A stretch of DNA of 64,000 bases from positions 22,495-86,494 of the forward strand of contig JBMORG010000006.1 in NCBI GenBank assembly GCA_049322355.1, read 5' to 3'. The position numbers and the translations under genes are program-made. The DNA comes from Thermodesulfobacteriota bacterium (GTDB lineage: Bacteria > Desulfobacterota > Desulfobaccia > Desulfobaccales > 0-14-0-80-60-11). Positions 9,974 through 18,700 of the stretch are shown piece by piece (within the stretch, counting starts at the first letter, position 1; the number at the start of each line of letters is the position of its first letter). The notes beneath the pieces were generated by a model, which had not been told where the DNA came from, searched no databases, and was given only the letters and a program-made list of their open reading frames with translations.

Positions 9974-10039
9974 TTTTCGGTTTTGGATTGTCGCTTTTCG
10001 TTTCGGCCTAAAGTTTCTCACCAAAAAACCAACCGAAAA
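9974..10039 (-). promoter_or_regulatory. A/U-rich bipartite leader helix upstream of ispA
   Basis: On the coding strand, uuuucgguu (plus-strand 10031-10039) is complementary to aaccgaaaa (9974-9982). The A-arm ends 5 nt before the ATG. No canonical SD. Confidence 0.35.
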
Positions 10040-10053
10040 ATCAACCACGGATT

Positions 10054-10308
10054 TCAGGCTTCCCCTTCTTCCTCCGGGAAGGGCCGGGTGAAAAACTTCC
10101 CGGCATCGTCCTTGAGCAAGAGTTCCACCCGTTTTTCCACTTCGTCCAACTTTTTATGGCAGAACCGCACCAACTGCACCCCTTCCTCGAAGGCGCGCAT
10201 AGCCTCTTCCAGGGCCAGATCGCCGTGCTCCAGAGAATCCAGCACTTCCTCCAGGCGCTTGAGGCCTGCCTCGAAAGTCAATTCTTCTTGCTTTTTTTCT
10301 TTGGCCAT
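10054..10308 (-). CDS. xseB: Exodeoxyribonuclease VII small subunit
   Basis: 84 aa. FEAGLKRLEEVLDSLEHGDLALEEAMRAFEEG is typical of XseB. Confidence 0.9.
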   Translation of the reverse strand: MAKEKKQEELTFEAGLKRLEEVLDSLEHGDLALEEAMRAFEEGVQLVRFCHKKLDEVEKRVELLLKDDAGKFFTRPFPEEEGEA

Positions 10309-10353
10309 GGTGACTTTTCAGGTTTTCAGTTTTGCTGAGTTGGCAAAAGTATT

Positions 10354-10455
10354 TCCCCCTGGTGGGAGTGGATTAAGGGGAGGGGGAAAAGGTGGAAAAT
10401 TCTATCTTGTTCACCCCCACCCTAACCCTCCCCCATCAAAGGTGAGGGAATTTTA
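10354..10455. repeat. Repeat family A, copy A1 (two G/C-run hairpin modules)
   Basis: cccctggtgggagtggattaaggggaggggg ... cacccccaccctaaccctcccccatcaaaggtgaggg matches the reverse complement of 44195-44308. Confidence 0.8.
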
Positions 10456-10528
10456 TACATTTTATACTTTTACGATTTCATCAGTTTTTTTGATTTGCTG
10501 TTTCTCCATGTGCCTAAGTTTTTTCTGC

Positions 10529-11872
10529 TTACTGCTCACTTCCCACTTTTTGTACTTCGCAATCCATCCGGCCCCGGGCCACCTGGACCCGGATATTTGA
10601 TCCTAAAGGCACCAGGGTGGCGTCCCGGATCACCGTCTCCTCCGGGAGCAGGGTGGCCACCGCGTAGCCCCGCTGCAGGATGGCCAGGGGATTTAGCTGC
10701 TCCAAGTGGGTCTGGCAGTACTCCAGGTGCCGCCGCTGCTCCGCCTGGCGCCGGCAGAAGCTCCGGCCCAGCCGTTGGGCCGCCTGTTCCAGCCGCTGCC
10801 GGGGCATCCCCAGGGCCCGCCGGGGGCTTAAAAGAAAGAGGCGGGAAGCAGCCAGGCGCAAGTGCTGGTCCTGGTTAATCAGCACCCGCCGGGCTCGCCG
10901 CACCAGGACCTCGGCCCGCTCATCCAGCCGGAGGCGCAGGTCCGTAAGATTGCGGCGCACATCGGGCAGTCGCCGGGTTATGAGACCCAGGTGCTGACGG
11001 GCTTGATCCCGGCGCCGGGCCAAACTCCGGGCCAGAGTGGCGCCCAGACGGTCCAGGCGGCGCTCCAATTCGGCCTTATCCGGCACTACCAGTTCCACCG
11101 CGGCGCTGGGAGTGGGGGCTCTTTGGTCCGCCACAAAATCGGCAATGGTAAAATCTACTTCGTGGCCCACCGCCGAAACCACCGGGATAGGGCAGCGATG
11201 GATGGCCCGGGCTACGCTCTCTTCGTTGAACGGCCACAAGTCTTCCAGAGACCCACCGCCTCGGGCCAGGACGATGACCTCAATCCCTGGATAAGCGCCC
11301 AGGTCATCCAGGGCCCGGGTAATTTCCCCTGCGGCCTCTACGCCTTGCACCTTGACCGGGTAAATGAGCACTTCTACGTTGGGGTAGCGCTGTTTCAGGA
11401 GGCGCAAAAAATCCCGCACCGCTGCACCCGTAGGGGAGGTGACCAGGGCGATTTTCCGGGGCAGAAACGGCAGCGTTTTCTTCAGCTCCGGGGCAAACAG
11501 GCCCTCGGCCGCCAGCCGGTTTTTCAGGACCTCGAAGGCTTGGGCCAGGGCCCCCAGCCCCAGGGGCTCCAGGTAATCCACTATAAGCTGGTATTCTCCC
11601 CGGGGTTCATAAACCGACAGACGGCCCCGGCACAAAAACTGCTTGCCCTCCTGGGGTTTGCAACGCAGATGTTGATGGTTGCCCTTGAAAAGCACCGCCC
11701 GGAGCTGGGCTCCGGCATCCTTGAGGGTAAAGTAGTAGTGGCCGCTCAAAGGCTGCCGGAGATTGGAGATCTCGCCGCTCACCCAGACCAGGGAGAAATA
11801 GGTCTCCAGCCGGTCCCGAATCTCCCGGGTGAGGGCGCTCACCGTATAGATGTGAGGCAATTCCTGGTCCAT
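10529..11872 (-). CDS. xseA: Exodeoxyribonuclease VII large subunit
   Basis: 447 aa. N-terminal OB-fold region VWVSGEISN ... SGHYYFTLKD. Located upstream of xseB. Confidence 0.9.
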   Translation of the reverse strand: MDQELPHIYTVSALTREIRDRLETYFSLVWVSGEISNLRQPLSGHYYFTLKDAGAQLRAVLFKGNHQHLRCKPQEGKQFLCRGRLSVYEPRGEYQLIVDYLEPLGLGALAQAFEVLKNRLAAEGLFAPELKKTLPFLPRKIALVTSPTGAAVRDFLRLLKQRYPNVEVLIYPVKVQGVEAAGEITRALDDLGAYPGIEVIVLARGGGSLEDLWPFNEESVARAIHRCPIPVVSAVGHEVDFTIADFVADQRAPTPSAAVELVVPDKAELERRLDRLGATLARSLARRRDQARQHLGLITRRLPDVRRNLTDLRLRLDERAEVLVRRARRVLINQDQHLRLAASRLFLLSPRRALGMPRQRLEQAAQRLGRSFCRRQAEQRRHLEYCQTHLEQLNPLAILQRGYAVATLLPEETVIRDATLVPLGSNIRVQVARGRMDCEVQKVGSEQ

Positions 11873-12020
11873 GAATAATCTAATAATCTATATCACATTT
11901 CCTTACCTGTCGGAGGAAAATTTTGTTTGAACGGCCACTTCTAGTCAGGCAAGCCGGCGGTCCCCCTTACCGAGAGTTTAAACGTAGTGCATCGATTCAT
12001 AAATACGAAAACGAATTTTT

Positions 12021-12096
12021 TCACCCTGAGACGAGGGGAAAGGGTCTCTTGCTTTTTCTTGAGATTCTTCCCCGCCTTCGGCGGCTCATAATGACA
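12021..12096. repeat. Repeat family D, copy D1 (long imperfect palindrome)
   Basis: tcaccctgag..gggtctc ... gagattcttc..ctcataatgaca. Same architecture at 27210-27291 and 56173-56258. Confidence 0.7.
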
Positions 12097-12173
12097 AGAA
12101 TGATTGTTATTGTATTTAAGAAATTATTTACTCCTGCTGAGGCCTGGGACTACCTGGTCGATTCAAGATTGAG

Positions 12174-13583
12174 TTAATTAACGGGCTTCACCCATCCGGC
12201 ATATAGCGCCAACCCCAGCCAGGCCCAGTTGTTGGCGTAGTAGTTGTCCGGGGCCTCGAAGTAGGCCTGGTTGCCGTCTTCCCGGTAGAAGGATAAAATC
12301 TTTTCGGCCATCTGCCGGGCAAAATGCCGGTCGCCCGCAGCTATGGCCCCAGCCAGCACCCCGGCATAGAGCACCGGGCTCTCATAGTCCACCGCGGGGG
12401 CGCCGTTGTAGCTATAGACCGCGGCGAGGCGGCGGCGGGCCTGCCATTGGCCCTTGAAAAACGGCAGGAATTTATCTTTGAGCAAACGGACCGCCTGGGG
12501 GTCCTTAAACCAGAGGGCGTCCAGGGCCACCCGGAAGGGCACCCGCACCGCTTCCCAACCGAAGCGGGTATCTTTCCCCGGCGCGGGGCTTACCCCGCCA
12601 GCAGCGTCCACCCGGCACCAGTCGGGAAACAGGCCAACGCCTTTCTGGTCCCCCAGCCTTTCGCTTACTTTTATCAGAAACAGATAAGTGGCTTGATGCA
12701 GGTCCCGCCAGGGCGCGGCCGCGGCTGCAGCTTCTCTCCCACCCCGGTCCTCCCCCATCAAGGGTATTAGCGCTAAGTTGAGCAAGGGACCGTTGTTAAC
12801 ATAACTTGCTGAAAAAATTTTAAATCCCCCTAAAGCCCCCTTTTCCAAAGGGGGACTTTGCCCGGCCGGCCCTTTATTCCCCCCTTTGAAAAAGGGGGGT
12901 AAGGGGGGATTTATAACTTTTCCCGAAGACCCCTCTGGCTTCGGACCTGCCTGGGCGAACAGGCGGTAGGCCGCGGGGGAGAAATACGAAGGGTTCACCA
13001 GGTAAGGCGGGGCGGACTCATGCCAGTTCCCTGGGGTCAAGAGCAGTTGGCCGTCAGGGAGACGCACCACTTCCTTGGCCAGGACCGCGGCCTGGACCAG
13101 GCGAGATTCTTCCAGGTAATCGGGCAGGCCCGCCGGCGCCCGCCAGCCCTTATGGTGTGCCAAAACCAGGGCCAGAGCATAATCCAGGTCGGCATCCGTG
13201 GCGCTGTTGGCGTCCAGCAGCCCCCAGGAGCCGTCGGGCAACCGGCCCCAGCGCCAGGCCAGAAGACTGTCGCTGTATTTCACGGCCCGGGACAGATGCC
13301 GGTGCGTCCAACCGTAAACCCGGGCAAAGGTGATCTCATCGCCGGCCCACAGCGCCCGGAGGAGCGCGTAAGCCTGGCCTTCGGAGATAGTGCCGCCACG
13401 TTCCTCCGGTATCTTGACCTGGCCGTCAGGGCTGATGAAATGCCGGCGGTAGCTCTGCCAGGATGCGGTCAGCACTTTCTCCAAACCGGCCGTAGACGGC
13501 TTCGATTGGCAGGCCAGGGAGAGCCCGGAAAGCAGGACCACGAGGATAATTTTAAATTTTTGCTTTTTCATGGCACCAGGCAA
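12174..13583 (-). CDS. Glycoside hydrolase family 8 (endoglucanase-like) lipoprotein carrying an in-frame repeat insertion
   Basis: TISEGQAYALL (catalytic Glu context) and GH8 signature-like ATDADLDYALALVLA. Signal peptide with LSLAC lipobox. 469 aa, which I recall as longer than typical GH8 enzymes. Confidence 0.75.
   Translation of the reverse strand: MPGAMKKQKFKIILVVLLSGLSLACQSKPSTAGLEKVLTASWQSYRRHFISPDGQVKIPEERGGTISEGQAYALLRALWAGDEITFARVYGWTHRHLSRAVKYSDSLLAWRWGRLPDGSWGLLDANSATDADLDYALALVLAHHKGWRAPAGLPDYLEESRLVQAAVLAKEVVRLPDGQLLLTPGNWHESAPPYLVNPSYFSPAAYRLFAQAGPKPEGSSGKVINPPLPPFFKGGNKGPAGQSPPLEKGALGGFKIFSASYVNNGPLLNLALIPLMGEDRGGREAAAAAAPWRDLHQATYLFLIKVSERLGDQKGVGLFPDWCRVDAAGGVSPAPGKDTRFGWEAVRVPFRVALDALWFKDPQAVRLLKDKFLPFFKGQWQARRRLAAVYSYNGAPAVDYESPVLYAGVLAGAIAAGDRHFARQMAEKILSFYREDGNQAYFEAPDNYYANNWAWLGLALYAGWVKPVN
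12818..12916. repeat. Repeat family B, copy B1, located inside the GH8 coding sequence
   Basis: aatccccctaaagcccccttttccaaagggggactttg ... ttattcccccctttgaaaaaggggggtaaggggggattta. Same element at 17390-17482 and 53729-53808. Confidence 0.85.
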
Positions 13584-14069
13584 ATAGCCCTTTGAAAAAG
13601 GAGGATGAGAGGCTTACCGGCGGTTATATAAATGCCTAAATCCCCTGGGGAATAGGGGGAAGAAAAATCCTTCCTAATAATTCCCGGATGGTGTCACCTT
13701 CTCACTAACGGGGCCGGCTTGCAAGGATAATCGTGAGTTCGGACCTAAAGCACAAATATGCTAACGGTGCGCCCGACTTAGTTCCCGTGGAGATAAAAGA
13801 GGCCTGGTCAGCAGGCAGGCTGGGTTTCCCCTCCCCGTCCAACCGGGTTAATTAGCCTTCATTACGAAGATACGAAAATTTCTTGACAAACGCCGGTATT
13901 TATGAGAAAAATTGTGTCGATTTAGATCAACTTGAGAACCCTGGCGCCCCGGGACTTGGAAACTAACGGCAATCCCATTGAATTCAATCTGTATGTAATA
14001 TAATCGGTATTGGACGGCATCTGGGAAGGCTCCTTGTGCGCCCGAGATGCCTTTTTTATTGAGGCAATC

Positions 14070-15983
14070 ATGATCAAAGTTACCCTGGATCGAGGCCCCA
14101 CCATCACCCTGGAGCAGGGGGCTACGGTAGCCCAGGCTTTTCAGGCCCTGGACGTGGCCACCGACCATACCGTGGTGGCCGCCAGGCTCGATGGGGAAGC
14201 GGTGGATTTGAACCATAAGCTCACCCAAAACTGCACCATTGCCCCCATTTCCCTGGACAGTCCCCAAGGCCTGGAGATCATGCGCCATTCCGCGGCGCAC
14301 CTCATGGCCGAAGCAGTGCGAGACCTGTTCCCCGGGGTCAAGGTGGCCATCGGGCCGGCCATTGAAGCAGGTTTTTATTACGACTTTGACGTTCCCGAGC
14401 CCTTTACGCCGGAAGACCTCATCAAAATTGAAACCCACATGGCGGAATTGACGGCCCAGGATCAACCCTTCCGGCGGGATGAAATGAACCGGGAGCAAGC
14501 CATCAGCTATTTTAAGAGCCAGGGTGAAGCCTACAAAGTCGAACTTCTGGAGGAGATCCCCCAAGACAAAGTAAGTCTGTATCAGCAGGGTAACTTCATC
14601 GACCTGTGCCGGGGGCCCCATATTCCCACCACCGGCTTTATCAAGGCGTTTAAGCTCACGGCCACCTCCGGGGCCTACTGGCGCGGGGACGAGCGCCGCC
14701 CTATGCTCCAGCGCATTTACGGCACTGCCTTCGCCACCCAGGAGGAGCTGGATCGCCACCTGGAACTCCTGGAGGAAGCCAAACGCCGGGATCACCGCCG
14801 CCTGGGCCGGGAGCTGGGGCTGTTCAGCATCGAGGAGGACGCAGGGCCTGGAATGGTGATTTACCACCCCAAGGGCGCCCTGCTTAGGAGCCTGATCGAG
14901 GATTTCGAGCGCCGGGAGCATCTCAAGCGGGGCTACCAGATGGTTATGGGACCGCAGATGCTCAAGGCCGACCTGTGGAAACGCTCCGGCCATTGGGACA
15001 ACTACCGGGACAATATGTACTTCACCGAAGTGGAAGGCCAGATGTACGGCATCAAGCCCATGAACTGCCTGGCCCACATGTTGATTTATAAATCAAGGGT
15101 GAGGAGCTACCGGGAGCTGCCCCTGCGCTTTTTCGAGTTGGGCACCGTGCTGCGCCACGAGCGCTCCGGAGTATTGCACGGCCTTACCCGGGTGCGCCAG
15201 TTTACCCAGGACGACGCCCATATCCTCTGCATGCCGGAGCAGGTAGAGAGTGAAATCTTAGGGGTGTTGAAGTTTGTTTCCGAAGTCATGGCCATCTTCG
15301 GGTTCGAATATGAAGTGGAACTGTCCACCCGGCCGGAGAAATCCATCGGCACGGACGCGGAGTGGGACTTGGCCACCAACGCCCTTTTGGGAGCGCTCAA
15401 AACCTGGGGGGTAGCTTATGGCACCTGCGAAGGGGAAGGCGCTTTCTATGGCCCCAAAATCGACATCAAGCTGAAAGACGCCTTGCAGCGCCGCTGGCAA
15501 TGCGCCACTATTCAGTGCGATTTTACCCTGCCGGAGCGCTTTGACCTCACCTATGTTGGTGCGGATGGGGAACGCCATCGCCCGGTGATGCTGCACCGGG
15601 TGATTTTGGGGTCCCTGGAACGCTTTATGGGGGTTTTAGTGGAGCATTTCGCCGGCGCTTTTCCGGTCTGGCTGGCCCCGGTCCAGGCAATTCTGTTGCC
15701 CATTACCGACCGGGTCCATCCGTATGCCCAGGAGGTGGCCCGGGCCCTGGTGGACGCAGACCTAAGGGTGGAGGTGGACATCCGGCCCGAAACCTTGCGC
15801 TATAAGATCCGGGAGGCCCAGGTCCAGAAAATTCCTTATATGGTGATCATGGGGGACCGGGAGGCAGCGGACCGCACCCTGGCCCCTCGTCTGCGGGACG
15901 GCACGGAGTTGAAGGGCATCCCCTTGGAGGCTTTTATCCAGCGCCTGAAGGAAGAGTCCCGGATTCCGTCCCCGGGGAGCTGA
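14070..15983 (+). CDS. thrS: Threonyl-tRNA synthetase
   Basis: N-terminal TGS domain MIKVTLDRG, editing-domain motif HSAAHLMA, class II core and anticodon-binding domain. ATG at 14070 follows GAGG. Confidence 0.95.
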   Translation: MIKVTLDRGPTITLEQGATVAQAFQALDVATDHTVVAARLDGEAVDLNHKLTQNCTIAPISLDSPQGLEIMRHSAAHLMAEAVRDLFPGVKVAIGPAIEAGFYYDFDVPEPFTPEDLIKIETHMAELTAQDQPFRRDEMNREQAISYFKSQGEAYKVELLEEIPQDKVSLYQQGNFIDLCRGPHIPTTGFIKAFKLTATSGAYWRGDERRPMLQRIYGTAFATQEELDRHLELLEEAKRRDHRRLGRELGLFSIEEDAGPGMVIYHPKGALLRSLIEDFERREHLKRGYQMVMGPQMLKADLWKRSGHWDNYRDNMYFTEVEGQMYGIKPMNCLAHMLIYKSRVRSYRELPLRFFELGTVLRHERSGVLHGLTRVRQFTQDDAHILCMPEQVESEILGVLKFVSEVMAIFGFEYEVELSTRPEKSIGTDAEWDLATNALLGALKTWGVAYGTCEGEGAFYGPKIDIKLKDALQRRWQCATIQCDFTLPERFDLTYVGADGERHRPVMLHRVILGSLERFMGVLVEHFAGAFPVWLAPVQAILLPITDRVHPYAQEVARALVDADLRVEVDIRPETLRYKIREAQVQKIPYMVIMGDREAADRTLAPRLRDGTELKGIPLEAFIQRLKEESRIPSPGS

Positions 15984-16043
15984 AACTTATATCTATCCAT
16001 TTATAAAATATCTTTTTGCTAATCTTAACAGGAGGTGACGGTT

Positions 16044-16559
16044 ATCCAGCAGAAGCAGCAACGAGTCAGGATTAACGAGCAGATCAGGGTGCCGGAGGTG
16101 CGGCTCATCGGGGCCGACGGCCAACAGGTCGGCGTTATGCCTACCAAAGAAGCCCTGGCTCAGGCGGCGGAGGCGCACCTGGACCTGGTGGAGGTCGCCC
16201 CCCAGGCCAGCCCGCCGGTATGCCGGATCATGGATTATGGCAAGTTCAAATATCAGCAAAGTAAGAAGCAGCAAGAAGCCCGGCGCAAAGCCACCACGAT
16301 CCAGGTTAAAGAAATCAAGGTCCGGCCCAAAATCGAAGAGCACGACATGGGGTTCAAGTTACGAAATGCCCGGCGTTTTTTAGAAGACGGCGACAAGGTC
16401 AAGATCTCGGTGATTTTTCGAGGCCGGGAGATCGCCCACACAGACCGCGGCTTTCGTATTCTGGCCCAGATGTCGGAAGCTCTGGCGGATGTTGGAACTG
16501 TGGAGCAGAGTCCTAAGCTCGAGGGCCGGAACCTCTCCATGATCGTTACCCCCAAGTAG
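16044..16559 (+). CDS. infC: Translation initiation factor IF-3, probable non-canonical ATC start
   Basis: RINEQIRVPEVRLIG ... PPVCRIMDYGKFKY. AGGAGG at 16030-16035. The in-frame GTG at 16035 overlaps the SD, and ATC at 16044 lies 8 nt downstream. Confidence 0.85.
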   Translation: MQQKQQRVRINEQIRVPEVRLIGADGQQVGVMPTKEALAQAAEAHLDLVEVAPQASPPVCRIMDYGKFKYQQSKKQQEARRKATTIQVKEIKVRPKIEEHDMGFKLRNARRFLEDGDKVKISVIFRGREIAHTDRGFRILAQMSEALADVGTVEQSPKLEGRNLSMIVTPK

Positions 16560-16633
16560 TTCTGCGCCAATTCCTGCATAGAAAGCGATGCCGCACCAGG
16601 CTGGCCTAGGGAAAGGATTTTTTTGCAGAAATC

Positions 16634-16662
16634 TTGTTAAAATGTGATGAATAGATTATAAA
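16634..16662 (+). promoter_or_regulatory. Sigma70-like promoter ahead of rpmI-rplT (TTGTTA-N17-TATAAA)
   Basis: AT-rich spacer between infC and rpmI. Confidence 0.35.
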
Positions 16663-16717
16663 ATAATATTTTGGGTTAACAGCAATAATATAAAGATCGA
16701 TCAACTGGGAATCCACC

Positions 16718-16738
16718 CGGCCGCCGGCATGGCGGCCG
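16718..16738 (+). promoter_or_regulatory. GC hairpin in rpmI leader
   Basis: cggccgcc-ggcat-ggcggccg, an 8-bp stem about 28 nt upstream of the rpmI ATG. Confidence 0.4.
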
Positions 16739-16765
16739 CAGTGTTAGCATCATGCGAGGTCAACC

Positions 16766-16963
16766 ATGCCCAAGATGAAAACCCATCGGGGAGCGGCCAA
16801 GCGCTTCAAGGCTACGGGCAAAGGCCGCCTGAAACACAAGCAACCCTACCACAGCCATATCTTGACCAGCAAAAGCGCCAAGCGCAAGCGGCAGTTACGG
16901 CTCCCGGCCTACGTGGCCGAAGCTGAGGCCAAGGCCCTGAAACGCTTGTTGCCTTATCTCTGA
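16766..16963 (+). CDS. rpmI: 50S ribosomal protein L35
   Basis: [20 protein letters not shown]. Confidence 0.95.
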   Translation: MPKMKTHRGAAKRFKATGKGRLKHKQPYHSHILTSKSAKRKRQLRLPAYVAEAEAKALKRLLPYL

Positions 16964-16978
16964 GATTAGGAGTACGTC

Positions 16979-17332
16979 ATGCCACGCGTGAGAAAAAGCG
17001 TCGCCTCCAGGGCGCGCCGTAAAAAATTCTTGGGGATGGCCAAGGGCTTCCGCAGCGGCCGGCACCGGCTCTACCGGTCTGCCCGGGAGGCCGTGGAACG
17101 GGCCTTGACTTTCGCCTACCGGGACCGCAAGGTGCGGAAACGCGAGTTCCGCAGCCTGTGGATTGTCCGCATTAACGCCGCGCTGCGCCCCTTGGGGATG
17201 TCCTATAGCAAGTTCATCGGGGGCCTGAAAAAGGCCCGGATCAACCTGGACCGCAAGGTCCTGGCCGATATGGCGGTCTTCGATCCCCAGGGGTTCGCCC
17301 GGGTGGCGGAGCTTTCAAAGGGTGGACAATAG
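16979..17332 (+). CDS. rplT: 50S ribosomal protein L20
   Basis: [16 protein letters not shown] ... [22 protein letters not shown]. Confidence 0.95.
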   Translation: MPRVRKSVASRARRKKFLGMAKGFRSGRHRLYRSAREAVERALTFAYRDRKVRKREFRSLWIVRINAALRPLGMSYSKFIGGLKKARINLDRKVLADMAVFDPQGFARVAELSKGGQ

Positions 17333-17389
17333 CAATAACTTGGCTCTGTGTGGTTTTTCAGTAAACACTGTATAGTGAAAAACCCAAAG

Positions 17390-17482
17390 AAAATCCCCCT
17401 AAATCCCCCTTTTTTAAAGGGGGACTTTGCCTTTCCGACTTTATTCCCCCCTTTGGAAAAGGGGGGCGAGGGGGATTTTATA
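17390..17482. repeat. Repeat family B, copy B2
   Basis: aatccccctaaatcccccttttttaaagggggactttg ... ttattcccccctttggaaaaggggggcgagggggatttta. Confidence 0.85.
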
Positions 17483-17558
17483 TCGCCAGCGGATAGACAA
17501 ATCATCATGTGATCGAAGCTGACCACTGACCACTGATCACTGAATCTGGCCACGCAGC

Positions 17559-18572
17559 ATGACTTCCGAAGCAATAAAAGATCTTGAAACCAATGCGATC
17601 CAAGAGATTCAGGGGGCCAACACTCCTGAAGACCTGGAATTCCTCCGGGTGAAATACCTGGGGCGCAAGGGGGCTTTGACTACCATCCTGCGGGGCCTGG
17701 GTAAGTTGGACCCTTCGGTTCGGCGCAACGTCGGCCAGGAAGCCAACCGGGTTAAAGTCGCGCTGGAAGGAGCCCTGGAGCAGGCCCTGCGTGCCCTGAA
17801 GGAAGCGGCCCGTCAGGCAGCCGTCAGCGCCGTGGATGTCACCCTGCCGGGGCGGCGCGCCCCTCGGGGGCGTATCCACCCCTTAAACCAGATCATGGCG
17901 GAAGTCTGCGACATCTTCCTGCACCTGGGCTTCGAGGCCGTCGAAGGCCCTGAAGTGGAGCTGGACTGGTATAACTTTGAAGCTCTGAACCTGCCCCCGG
18001 ACCACCCGGCCCGGGACATGCAGGACACCTTTTACTTCAATGACAAGGTACTGCTGCGGACCCACACCTCGCCCATGCAGATCCGCACCATGGAAAAGCG
18101 CCAGCCGCCGGTGCGCATCATCGCCCCGGGGAAGGTCTACCGCCGGGATTCGGACATCACCCATTCCCCCATGTTTCATCAAGTTGAGGGTCTGTTGGTG
18201 GATAAAGGGGTGACCTTTGCCGACCTCAAGGGGGTTTTGACTGCATTTGTGCACCAGATGTTCGGCCCGGAGGTGGGGGTGCGCTTTAGGCCCAGCTATT
18301 TTCCCTTCACCGAACCCAGCGCCGAAGTGGACATCGAATGCGTCATTTGCCGGGGCGAGGGCTGCCGGGTCTGCAAGACCACGGGCTGGCTGGAGGTGCT
18401 GGGCTCCGGCATGGTCCACCCCGCAGTCTTTGAAGCCGTGGGCTACGACCCCGAAACCTACACCGGCTTCGCCTTCGGCCTGGGGATCGAGCGCATCGCC
18501 ATGCTCAAATACGGCATCGACGACATCCGCCTTTTCTTCGAGAACGACCTAAGGTTCCTGCGGCAATTTTAA
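17559..18572 (+). CDS. pheS: Phenylalanyl-tRNA synthetase alpha subunit
   Basis: HPARDMQDTFY, LLRTHTSPMQIR and FPFTEPSAEVD class II motifs. 337 aa. Confidence 0.95.
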   Translation: MTSEAIKDLETNAIQEIQGANTPEDLEFLRVKYLGRKGALTTILRGLGKLDPSVRRNVGQEANRVKVALEGALEQALRALKEAARQAAVSAVDVTLPGRRAPRGRIHPLNQIMAEVCDIFLHLGFEAVEGPEVELDWYNFEALNLPPDHPARDMQDTFYFNDKVLLRTHTSPMQIRTMEKRQPPVRIIAPGKVYRRDSDITHSPMFHQVEGLLVDKGVTFADLKGVLTAFVHQMFGPEVGVRFRPSYFPFTEPSAEVDIECVICRGEGCRVCKTTGWLEVLGSGMVHPAVFEAVGYDPETYTGFAFGLGIERIAMLKYGIDDIRLFFENDLRFLRQF

Positions 18573-18603
18573 ATTAATCGACTCGGAATGAGGGGAACGA
18601 ATT

Positions 18604-18641
18604 AAGGCCGGAAGTTAACCTCCCGGCCTTTGATTTGTTTT
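18604..18641 (+). terminator. Rho-independent terminator after pheS
   Basis: aaggccgg-loop-ccggcctt followed by tgatttgtttt. Confidence 0.6.
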
Positions 18642-18700
18642 CATCATCAGGGTGGGAACACCTACCCCCTGCCTGTCCGGTTTTCCAGATGTGCTCTTCC

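Noticed and set aside
10862-11878. 338-aa plus-strand ORF
   Set aside because: Antisense to xseA, which has a clear ExoVII large-subunit sequence.
13584-14069. 485-nt region upstream of thrS, considered for a T-box or a thrS operator mimic of tRNA-Thr
   Set aside because: No T-box specifier/antiterminator motif or convincing anticodon-arm mimic could be recognised by eye. Only weak promoter-like hexamers were found.
13848-15077. 409-aa ORF on the minus strand
   Set aside because: Lies entirely antisense to the well-supported thrS gene, has no SD or recognisable motifs, and has a composition typical of shadow ORFs in GC-rich DNA.
17333-17558. Search for a pheM-like Phe-rich leader peptide/attenuator upstream of pheS
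   Set aside because: No short Phe-rich ORF is present. The spacer is occupied by repeat B2 and a gaccact/gatcact low-complexity tract.
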